64,000 bases of DNA from an uncultured Methylomirabilota bacterium (lineage in GTDB: Bacteria > Methylomirabilota > Methylomirabilia > Methylomirabilales > 2-02-FULL-66-22). Each line of letters begins with the position of its first letter. Within the stretch, counting starts at the first letter, position 1. A program made the position numbers and the translations under genes. The stretch spans positions 3,680,001 through 3,744,000 of the forward strand of contig OY970067.1 in assembly GCA_963705305.1 (NCBI GenBank). Direction: 5' to 3'. Under the pieces are notes generated by a model that was given only the letters and a program-made list of their open reading frames with translations, was not told the origin of the DNA and did not search any database. This document shows, in pieces, positions 10,211 to 17,801 of the stretch.

Positions 10211-10507
10211 GTATGAGATTTGGATGTGATGCTGTTGAGATGCACTCAGGAATCGATACGGGCATCCTAGGGTAGTAAGAAATTCTTGCCAACCCAAAAA
10301 AGAGGGGAGCGGTACAATTTAAAGACGCGTGAGGCGCGCGGTGCCCGGCCGGGGCTATCCGTGCCGCGCTTGCCATGGTACAGTGACGCGCGAAACGATC
10401 GCGACGCGGTCGCAGCATCCGGGCGGACGCCGGTCATCGCTGCGGCGGCCACCGGCTGGCGTCGCGGGCCCGCCCGGGATGGGACGGAGAGAAGAAGGAT
10501 TCCGGAT

Positions 10508-11467
10508 ATGGAGCGTTCCCAGCCTGTGCTGGAGATCGAGAACCTCCGGCACGTGTACGGCGACCGGGAGGCGCTGGCCGGCGTGAGCCTCAGCGTGTCC
10601 CGGCGGGAGATCTTCGGCTTGCTCGGCCCCAACGGCGGCGGCAAGACCACCATGTTCAAGATTCTCTCCACGCTCATGCCGGCCACGGCGGGGCGGGTGC
10701 GTGTGTTCGAGCACGACCTTCGCCTCGAGGCGCGCCACGTCCGGCGGCATCTGGGCATCGTGTTCCAGCACCCCAGCCTGGATCCGAAGCTGACGGCGGC
10801 AGAGAATCTCGTCCACCACGGGCACCTGTACGGCATGCAGGGGGCATCTCTCAAGCAGCGGACCCAGGCGCTCCTCGGCCAGCTGGGCCTCTCCGAGCGG
10901 GCCCGTGATCGGGTGGAGACCCTGTCCGGCGGCCTGCAGCGTCGTGTGGAGCTGGCCAAGGCACTGGTCCACCAGCCCGACCTGCTCCTCCTGGACGAGC
11001 CAAGCACCGGCCTCGACCCGGGGGCGCGACGGGATTTCACGGCCTACCTCGCCCGCCTGCGGGACGAGGAGGGGGTCACGGCGGTGTTGACGACCCACAT
11101 CCTGGAGGAGGCGGAGCGCTGCGATCGCGTCGGCATACTCCACCAGGGACGGCTGGTGGCGCTGGGAACGCCGGACGAGCTGAAGGGGCGCGTCGGCGGG
11201 GACGTGGTGGTGATCCGATCCGCCATCCCCGACATCCTGCGGGGCAAGCTGCAGGAGCGGTTTGCCTGCGAGCCCCGGCTGGTGAACGGCTGGCTGCGTG
11301 TCGAACTGGCGCGCGGCCACGAGTTCGTGCGGGAGGTGGTGGACGCTTTCCCGGGAGACGTGGATTCCATCACGTTCGGCAAGCCGACGCTGGAAGACGT
11401 GTTCATCCGGCTGACCGGGAGCCGCCTGTGGGACGAGGCCGGTCCGGAGGAGGGAGCCTCGTCGTGA
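10508..11467 (+). CDS. ABC-2/DrrA-type ABC transporter ATP-binding protein
   Basis: Walker A GPNGGGKT, LSGG signature, LLLLDEP, TTH. Confidence 0.92.
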   Translation: MERSQPVLEIENLRHVYGDREALAGVSLSVSRREIFGLLGPNGGGKTTMFKILSTLMPATAGRVRVFEHDLRLEARHVRRHLGIVFQHPSLDPKLTAAENLVHHGHLYGMQGASLKQRTQALLGQLGLSERARDRVETLSGGLQRRVELAKALVHQPDLLLLDEPSTGLDPGARRDFTAYLARLRDEEGVTAVLTTHILEEAERCDRVGILHQGRLVALGTPDELKGRVGGDVVVIRSAIPDILRGKLQERFACEPRLVNGWLRVELARGHEFVREVVDAFPGDVDSITFGKPTLEDVFIRLTGSRLWDEAGPEEGASS

Positions 11468-12246
11468 GAACGTTCGCACTGGCCGTCCTGACGCTCTGGT
11501 GGCGGGAGATGGTGCGATTCTGCCGGCAGCGCAGCCGGCTGATCGGGGCATTCGTCCAGCCGCTGGTGTTCTGGCTGCTCTTGGGCGGAGGGCTCCAGGC
11601 GTCCTTCCAGCCGCCGGGGACGCCCCGCGGCACGGGATACGTGGAGTACATCTATCCGGGCATCATCGCCATGGTCCTGCTCTTCACCGCCATCTTCGCC
11701 ACCATCGCCGTGGTCGAGGACCGCCGCGAGGGCTTCCTGCAGGGAGTCCTGGTGGCCCCCGTGCCGCGGTCCGGCATCGTCCTGGGGCAGGCCATGGGCT
11801 GCACCACCCTGGCGGTGATGCAAGGAGTCATCTTCCTCCTCTTGGCGCCCCTGGCCGGCATCGGCCTGACGATGGCCTCAATCCTGTGGGTGACGGGGGT
11901 CATGGCCCTGGTCGCCTTCGGCCTGGCCAGCCTCAGCCTGATCATCGCCTGGCGGCTAGACTCCACGCAGGGATTTCACGCCATCATGAACCTCATCCTG
12001 CTGCCGATGTGGGTCCTGTCGGGGGCATTTTTCCCCGCCACGGGCCTGCCCGGATGGATCCAATGGATCATGCGGCTGAATCCGCTGACCTACGGCGTCG
12101 CGGCCCTCCGCCGCTGCCTGTATCTGGGGACCCCTAGCGCCGCAGGGGCGGTGCCGGGACTGGCGCCCGCCCTCTGGATCAGCCTGGCCTTCGGTGTCCT
12201 GTCCTTCGCCGCGGCCACGCGTGTCGCCTACCGCAAGGTCGCGTGA
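11464..12246 (+). CDS. ABC-2 type permease
   Basis: About six TM segments, YIYPGII, EDRREGFL, LSGAFFP, NPLTY; GTGA overlap with the ATPase. Confidence 0.9.
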   Translation: MRTFALAVLTLWWREMVRFCRQRSRLIGAFVQPLVFWLLLGGGLQASFQPPGTPRGTGYVEYIYPGIIAMVLLFTAIFATIAVVEDRREGFLQGVLVAPVPRSGIVLGQAMGCTTLAVMQGVIFLLLAPLAGIGLTMASILWVTGVMALVAFGLASLSLIIAWRLDSTQGFHAIMNLILLPMWVLSGAFFPATGLPGWIQWIMRLNPLTYGVAALRRCLYLGTPSAAGAVPGLAPALWISLAFGVLSFAAATRVAYRKVA

Positions 12247-12299
12247 GGGGCCCGGCCGTTCTCCATGCCGCTGCACTAGTCGTGCGGCGTCATTTCTAT

Positions 12300-12508
12300 C
12301 AACATGCTGAATGTCTCGTTTTTGCTCAGGCTGCTCAAAAAGGCCCAGATGCAAGGCGCCGCGCCGGGTACCCGCCCGTAGGGTGGGTGCAGGCGCGAGG
12401 CGTACTCAGCGGGTACGTCGCAGCGCCGCGGGAGCGCGCGGGTACCCGGCCGAAGGCTGGGCACCCATCAGATGGGTACCCGGCAGATGGGACTTTTTCA
12501 GCAGCCTG
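12300..12508 (-). mobile_element. MITE-like repeat, copy 1 (opposite orientation to the other three)
   Basis: Inverted ends CAGGCTGCTCAAAAAG (12327) and CTTTTTCAGCAGCCTG (ends 12508). Internal GCGTAC/GTACG hairpin shared with copies 2-4. Degenerate extra end at about 12300-12311. Confidence 0.8.
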
Positions 12509-12523
12509 CTGTGGAGGCCTGAC

Positions 12524-12952
12524 GTGATCAGCCTGGCGAACTGGATCCTCTGGGGGCACCTGCTGGCGATGGGCGTGTGGCTGGGCGGGGCGACGATCGT
12601 GCTGCTGGCGATCCTGCCGGGTACGGGGCCGGAGGTGGCGGCCGCTTCCAGGCGGGCCCATTTCATCACCTCGCGCGCCATTGAGCTCCTGGTGCTGACC
12701 GGGGTGCTGAACATCCTGGTCCGCAGCTTCTGGGGCTCGCCGGCGTTCAGTGGCCCGTTCTTCGGCTTGATCTCGGTGAAGACGGGCCTCCTGGTGGCGA
12801 TGGCCGGACTTCAGATCTGGATGGGTCTGGCCTGGAAGCGTGCCGGGGACGATCTCGGCGCGGCCGTACGACGGGCCCGGCTGGGACTCAGCGCGCAACT
12901 CGTGCTGGGCGCCGTGGCAGTCCTGGTCGGGCTGAGCCTGGTAGCGACATAG
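12524..12952 (+). CDS. CopD-like / DUF4149-like four-TM membrane protein
   Basis: GGAGG then GTG; HLLAMGVWLGG motif, LVLTG, a K at the start of TM3, four hydrophobic helices. Confidence 0.65.
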   Translation: MISLANWILWGHLLAMGVWLGGATIVLLAILPGTGPEVAAASRRAHFITSRAIELLVLTGVLNILVRSFWGSPAFSGPFFGLISVKTGLLVAMAGLQIWMGLAWKRAGDDLGAAVRRARLGLSAQLVLGAVAVLVGLSLVAT

Positions 12953-13146
12953 GCGGGAAAATGGGGCGAGTGGCAGGATACAGCGCTGGCCCCTCTCCGA
13001 CCAAATGATCCCTGCGGGTAGCCGGGATGAATTCAATCTTGTATGAGGATCTTTCTGCTTTTTCTTGACCGCGGCTGAAACCCCTTGGTGCACCTCTACT
13101 GCCGAGTCCCCGTGCAAAATCATGCGTTTTCATCCTCACTTTTCTC

Positions 13147-13178
13147 TTGACAAGCCCAACATGTAGGGCATATAAGAT
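13147..13178 (+). promoter_or_regulatory. Sigma70-type promoter of nrdJ with an NrdR-box-like operator in the spacer
   Basis: TTGACA at 13147-13152 and TATAAG/TAAGAT at 13171-13178. GCCCAACATGTAGGGC (13154-13169) resembles the NrdR consensus acaCwAyATaTwGtgt. Confidence 0.65.
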
Positions 13179-13404
13179 AACGCCACCCTAGAAAATGGAC
13201 CAATCGGATGTTTGGTTTGCTTCGAAAAGGCCTTGAGGCGACAGGAGAAACGGATCAGGTGCGCCAAGCCTTGGCTCGAAGCAATTCCCGCTGCAAGGCA
13301 GGTTGCGCCCCCTACAGGCTGAACCAAGCTCTCTTGCCAATTTAGAACAAATCGGGGGCTCCCCGAGGGGCGTTCCCCCGGCCTCACAACGGAGGATATC
13401 CGCC

Positions 13405-15720
13405 ATGGCAGAGCTCACGCGGCCGTTGAAACAGGGCCAGTGGTCCGAATCCGCCCTCCGAGTGCTGCGCGAGCGATACCTCGACCGCGAGAGAGGGAGT
13501 GCCGGCGGGGAGCCCGTCGAGACCCCGGAGGACATGTGCTGGCGAGTGGCGGCGGCCATCGCCCAAGCCGAGGCCACCTGGGGGAAGACCCAGGATCAGA
13601 TCCATGAGGTGGCCAGCCGCTTTTACGAGCTGATGGTGGACGGCCTGTTTCTGCCCAACTCGCCGACGCTGATGAATGCCGGGAAGGATAATGGTCTGCA
13701 GTATTCGGCCTGCTTCGTCTTGCCGGTCGGGGACTCCATGGACGAGATCTTCGAGGCGGTGAAGCGGGCGGCCATCATCCACAAGAGCGGGGGCGGGACC
13801 GGGTTCGCCTTCTCGCGCCTCCGGCCCAAGGATACGGCCGTGCGCTCCACGGGGGGCAGGGCCAGCGGCCCCATGAGCTTCCTGCGGGTCTTCAACGGGG
13901 CCACCGAGGCGGTAAAGCAGGGGGGGACCCGGCGGGGCGCCAACATGGGAATCCTGAAGGTGGACCACCCCGACATCCTGGAGTTCATCCATTGCAAGAT
14001 GGACGGGGGGATCGCCAACTTCAACATCTCCGTCTCCATCACCGAGCCGTTCATGCAGGCCCTGGCGAAGGACAGCGAGTATGATCTAGTGGATCCCCAT
14101 ACCAAGCAGGTCACCGGCCGCCTGCGGGCGCGCGACGTCTTCGACCGCATCGTCCAGGCGGCCTGGCAGACGGGGGACCCGGGGCTGGTCTTCATCGATC
14201 GGGTGAACCGGGGCCCCGCCAACCCGGTGCCGGAGCTGGAGACGATCGAGGCGACGAATCCCTGCGGCGAGCAGCCGCTGGCCCCCAACGACGCCTGCAA
14301 CCTGGGATCCATCAACCTGGACAAGTTCGTGCGGCCCGGAACGCCGTCGGCGCCCGTGGCCTGGGACGAACTGGAGCGCGTGGTACGCCTGTCGGTGCGA
14401 TTCCTGGACGACGTGATCCAGGTAAATCCGTACCCCCTGCCGGAGATCCTGCAAGAAGTTCAGGCCAACCGGCGGATCGGCCTGGGGGTCATGGGCTGGG
14501 CGGACCTCCTGATCCAGCTCGGCATCCCGTACGACAGCGACGAGGCCCTGGCGCTGGCGGGCAAGGCGATGGAGTTCATCACGACCATCGGCCGGGATGA
14601 GTCGGCCCGCCTGGCGGAAGAGCGCGGCCCCTTCCCCAACTGGTCGAGCAGCATCTACCGCGACGGCCGGCCCGTGCGGAACTCGACCGTGACCACCATC
14701 GCACCCACCGGGACCATCAGCATCATCGCGGGCTGCTCGTCGGGGATCGAGCCGCTGTTCGCCATTGCCTTCAGCCACATCGTGGGTGATCGGCATCTGA
14801 CGTTCGCCAACCCCCACTTCCAGGCGGTGGCCCTGCGGCGGGGCTTCTCCAGCCCCGAGCTGATGGATACGGTGGCCAAAGAGGGGACCCTGCACGGGGT
14901 CACCGAGGTCCCGGAAGACGTCCGGCGCGTCTTCGTCACTGCCCACGAGATCGCCCCCGAGTGGCATGTCCGGATGCAGGCGGCTTTCCAGCGGCATACC
15001 GACAACGGGGTGTCCAAGACGATCAACCTCCCGAACTCGGCCACGCCCGAGGATGTGGCGGGGGCCTACCGGCTGGCCTATGACCTCGGCTGTCTGGGGA
15101 TCACCGTATTCCGCGACGGCTGCAAGGCCGCCCATGGGGGGCAGGTCCTGCACGTGGGCACCGCCGCCGCTGCGGAGGGGAAGGGGAAGGCAACGGAGGT
15201 CGAGACCGTCACTCCAAAGACGGACACTTCGGTGAAGCCGCGGCCGCGGACGCTGCGCGGGGTGACGTATCGGGTGGATACGCCCCTGGGGACCGGCTAC
15301 GTCCATGTGAACCAGGGTCCGAGCGGCGAGCCCTTCGAGATCTTCCTCAACGTGGGGAAAGCCGGAAGCAACGTCCAGGCCGACGCCGAGGCCCTGGGCC
15401 GGCTGATCTCTCTCATCCTGCGCATGCCGTCCTCTCTCTCCCCGCGCGAGCGGGTGGAGCAGATGGTCAAGCAGCTGGATCGGATCGGCGGCCGGCGTGA
15501 CGCCGGCATGGGCCCCGGTCGGGTGCGCTCCATCCCCGATGCCGTGGCCCAGGTCCTGGCAGAGCATGTGGGGCTGCGCGAGCCTGGCGAGGAGCACGTC
15601 CGCGAGGCGCGCGAGGGCCGGGTGAAGGCGACGGACATGTGTCCGGAGTGCCAGAATTTCACCCTGGTCTTCGAAGAAGGCTGCCAGAAGTGCCACGTCT
15701 GCGGGTTCAGCGAATGCTGA
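13405..15720 (+). CDS. nrdJ: Vitamin B12-dependent (class II) ribonucleotide reductase with TSCPD-like domain and C-terminal Zn ribbon
   Basis: FLPNSPTLMNAG, SACFV, GGGTGF.FS.LRP, RRGANM, ATNPCGEQ, CNLGSINL, TIAPTGTIS, VSKTINLP, SIPD, CPEC...GCQKCHVCGFSEC; GGAGG RBS. Confidence 0.96.
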   Translation: MAELTRPLKQGQWSESALRVLRERYLDRERGSAGGEPVETPEDMCWRVAAAIAQAEATWGKTQDQIHEVASRFYELMVDGLFLPNSPTLMNAGKDNGLQYSACFVLPVGDSMDEIFEAVKRAAIIHKSGGGTGFAFSRLRPKDTAVRSTGGRASGPMSFLRVFNGATEAVKQGGTRRGANMGILKVDHPDILEFIHCKMDGGIANFNISVSITEPFMQALAKDSEYDLVDPHTKQVTGRLRARDVFDRIVQAAWQTGDPGLVFIDRVNRGPANPVPELETIEATNPCGEQPLAPNDACNLGSINLDKFVRPGTPSAPVAWDELERVVRLSVRFLDDVIQVNPYPLPEILQEVQANRRIGLGVMGWADLLIQLGIPYDSDEALALAGKAMEFITTIGRDESARLAEERGPFPNWSSSIYRDGRPVRNSTVTTIAPTGTISIIAGCSSGIEPLFAIAFSHIVGDRHLTFANPHFQAVALRRGFSSPELMDTVAKEGTLHGVTEVPEDVRRVFVTAHEIAPEWHVRMQAAFQRHTDNGVSKTINLPNSATPEDVAGAYRLAYDLGCLGITVFRDGCKAAHGGQVLHVGTAAAAEGKGKATEVETVTPKTDTSVKPRPRTLRGVTYRVDTPLGTGYVHVNQGPSGEPFEIFLNVGKAGSNVQADAEALGRLISLILRMPSSLSPRERVEQMVKQLDRIGGRRDAGMGPGRVRSIPDAVAQVLAEHVGLREPGEEHVREAREGRVKATDMCPECQNFTLVFEEGCQKCHVCGFSEC

Positions 15721-15780
15721 GGGGCGGCCGGCGCTGCTCTCTCGGCGCCTGATGGGAAGACGCGGAAGGAGAAGATCGGC

Positions 15781-16017
15781 GTGGATCAGTCGCAAGGCCA
15801 GCGCGGGACAGACAAGGATTATCTTGTGCTGAACCGGCCTTTCGCCGGCCTCTACGAGGAGATGGCGGAGGCGCTGGCGAAATACCCGGGGATCGAGGTG
15901 GTCGTGGATCGGCGCATGGCGAGTCGGGCGCGGGTTCCGGCCGATCTGTCGGCGATCAGTCGGCCCGAAGCGGAGGACGCCCCGCCAGGCAGCGAAGCGG
16001 CGTCGGTCGCCGGGTGA
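15781..16017 (+). CDS. Small hypothetical protein (VVVDRR motif)
   Basis: AGGAG upstream, GC3-rich codons, [22 protein letters not shown]. Confidence 0.6.
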   Translation: MDQSQGQRGTDKDYLVLNRPFAGLYEEMAEALAKYPGIEVVVDRRMASRARVPADLSAISRPEAEDAPPGSEAASVAG

Positions 16018-16066
16018 AACCTCGAACCGTGAACCTCGAACCTTTAACCTCAAACCTCGAACCGGA
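16018..16066 (+). repeat. Heptamer tandem repeat (AACCNNN)x7
   Basis: aacctcg aaccgtg aacctcg aaccttt aacctca aacctcg aaccgga. Confidence 0.85.
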
Positions 16067-16072
16067 ACCCTC

Positions 16073-16627
16073 ATGTCCATCAAATCAGACGTATGGATCG
16101 CGCGGATGGCGAGAGAGCACAGGATGATCGAGCCGTTCGCGGAGAGCCAGGTCCGGGACGGGGTGATCTCGTACGGTGTCTCGTCCTACGGCTACGACAT
16201 CCGGGTAGCGGACGAGTTCAAGATCTTCACCAACATCAACTCCACCATTGTCGATCCCAAGCGATTCGACGAGCAGTCCTTCGTCAACTTCAAGGGAGGG
16301 GTCTGCATCATCCCTCCCAACTCCTTCGCCCTGGCCCGCACCTTGGAGTACTTCCGCATCCCCCGCAACGTCCTGACGATCTGTGTGGGGAAATCGACGT
16401 ACGCACGCTGTGGGATCATTGTGAACGTCACCCCGTTCGAGCCCGAGTGGGAAGGAACGGCGACCCTGGAAATCAGCAATACCACGCCGCTCCCGGCCAA
16501 GATCTACGCCAACGAAGGGATTGCCCAGGTAGTGTTCCTCGAAGCGGACGAGGTCTGCCAGACCTCCTATGCCGACAAGAAGGGCAAGTACCAGGCCCAG
16601 CGGGAGATCACGCTGCCCAGGATCTAA
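16073..16627 (+). CDS. dcd: dCTP deaminase
   Basis: [51 protein letters not shown]. Confidence 0.96.
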   Translation: MSIKSDVWIARMAREHRMIEPFAESQVRDGVISYGVSSYGYDIRVADEFKIFTNINSTIVDPKRFDEQSFVNFKGGVCIIPPNSFALARTLEYFRIPRNVLTICVGKSTYARCGIIVNVTPFEPEWEGTATLEISNTTPLPAKIYANEGIAQVVFLEADEVCQTSYADKKGKYQAQREITLPRI

Positions 16628-16780
16628 CAGGCTGCTGAAAAAGGCCCATCTGCGGCGTTGGTGCGCTCCCGCGACGCTGCGACGTACCCGAAAGTACGTC
16701 TCGCGTCTCGGATCGCGCGCCGCCTTGCATCTGGACCTTTTTGATCAGCCTGGCGGAAAGATAGGGCTCTTCAGCACCCA
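16628..16780 (+). mobile_element. MITE-like repeat, copy 2 (minimal, cassette-free form)
   Basis: CAGGCTGCTGAAAAAGGCCCATCTGC...GACGTAC-CCGAAA-GTACGTC...CTTGCATCTGGACCTTTTTGATCAGCCTG (ends 16752), then a degenerate outer end CTCTTCAGCACCC. Begins immediately after the dcd TAA. Confidence 0.8.
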
Positions 16781-16815
16781 ACTGAGTGGGGGTTGTCGAG
16801 AAAGAAAGGGCAAAA

Positions 16816-17028
16816 ATGCGGATCGAGTTCGATGCGGATAGAGATCTGGTGACGGTGAGTCTCCTGCCCGATGTGCCAGTCGTCAACTCGAATGAAGTAG
16901 GCGGAATGGTCATCGGGCGGGCCGCCGACCATTGCATCGTGCACATCGCCATTTCGGGCGCCCGCGAGCGGATCGACCGAGAGCTTCAGAAGACGGTGGC
17001 GCTCGGCGCGGGCCCGTCCGGATCGTGA
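16816..17028 (+). CDS. DUF2283-like small protein
   Basis: MRIEFDADRDLVTVSL...SNEV.GMVI...IVHIAI pattern; GAAAGG RBS. Confidence 0.6.
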   Translation: MRIEFDADRDLVTVSLLPDVPVVNSNEVGGMVIGRAADHCIVHIAISGARERIDRELQKTVALGAGPSGS

Positions 17029-17246
17029 GGGCAAGATGAGCGAATGTCCGCACGTTGGCCGATGGGCAGTCGGGCTCGATTGCGCCCCTGCCCCCCGCCC
17101 CTGTTCACAGGATCCGGGGCGGTCCCGCCGGTGCTCCGCCCGCATGCTGCGGCAGTGGGCCGATATCGTGCACGGGCTGTTTCCGCGCTGCGGCCAGCGC
17201 GGCGGGATGCGCCGGGGGCGAGGCCTGCGACGGACCGGGGCGGCGG

Positions 17247-17762
17247 GTGCGTCGTGACTGCGGGCCCTGCGTGATCCGGTCCTGGCGTTGGGAGGACGCC
17301 GCGGCGATCGTGCGGCACGCCAACAACCGGAAGGTCTGGATCCATCTCCAGGATGCCTTTCCATACCCCTACACCCTCGCGGATGCCGAGGAATTCCTGC
17401 GCAAGGCCCGCCGGGCCGACCCGGAGGCGCATTTTGCCATCGCGGTGGGCGAGGAGGCGGTGGGGGCCATCGGCCTCAGGGTGGGGGAAGACATCTACTA
17501 CCGCTCTGCCGAGATCGGCTACTGGCTCGGCGAGGCGTACTGGGGCCGGGGAATCGCGACGGCCGCCCTGAAATCGCTCACCGAGTACGCCGTCGCTGCC
17601 CTGAAGCTCTGCCGGGTGTTCGGGCTGCCCTTCACCGACAACGTGGCGTCGTGTCGCGTCCTGGAAAAGGCCGGATACGTGCGCGAGGCCATCCTGCGGC
17701 GGAGCGCGGTCAAGGACGGGGTCATCAAGGACCAGGCCCTGTACGCCTTCGTGGTGGAGTAG
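17247..17762 (+). CDS. RimJ/RimL-type GNAT acetyltransferase
   Basis: FPYPYT, AEIGYWLGE.YWGRGIAT, N.AS.RVLEKAGY..E; start approximate. Confidence 0.9.
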   Translation: MRRDCGPCVIRSWRWEDAAAIVRHANNRKVWIHLQDAFPYPYTLADAEEFLRKARRADPEAHFAIAVGEEAVGAIGLRVGEDIYYRSAEIGYWLGEAYWGRGIATAALKSLTEYAVAALKLCRVFGLPFTDNVASCRVLEKAGYVREAILRRSAVKDGVIKDQALYAFVVE

Positions 17763-17801
17763 CGGCAGACGTGATGCGTCCCGCGACCCCCGCCGGCGGG
17801 A

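Noticed and set aside
10270..10295. Sigma54 promoter for actA on the minus strand (TTGGCAAGAATTTCTT)
   Set aside because: It has the -24 GG but lacks the -12 GC at the required spacing.
12243..12527. ORFs spanning the repeat copies (12243-12527, 38900-39247, 47623-47862 and similar)
   Set aside because: They are translations of the palindromic repeat. Their mutual similarity comes from the DNA repeat and they have no protein-family motifs.
13180..13404. Cobalamin riboswitch upstream of the B12-dependent nrdJ
   Set aside because: I could not find the conserved GGGAA...CCC.C.ACTGT...GCCACTG elements, so it is reported only as an unknown structured leader.
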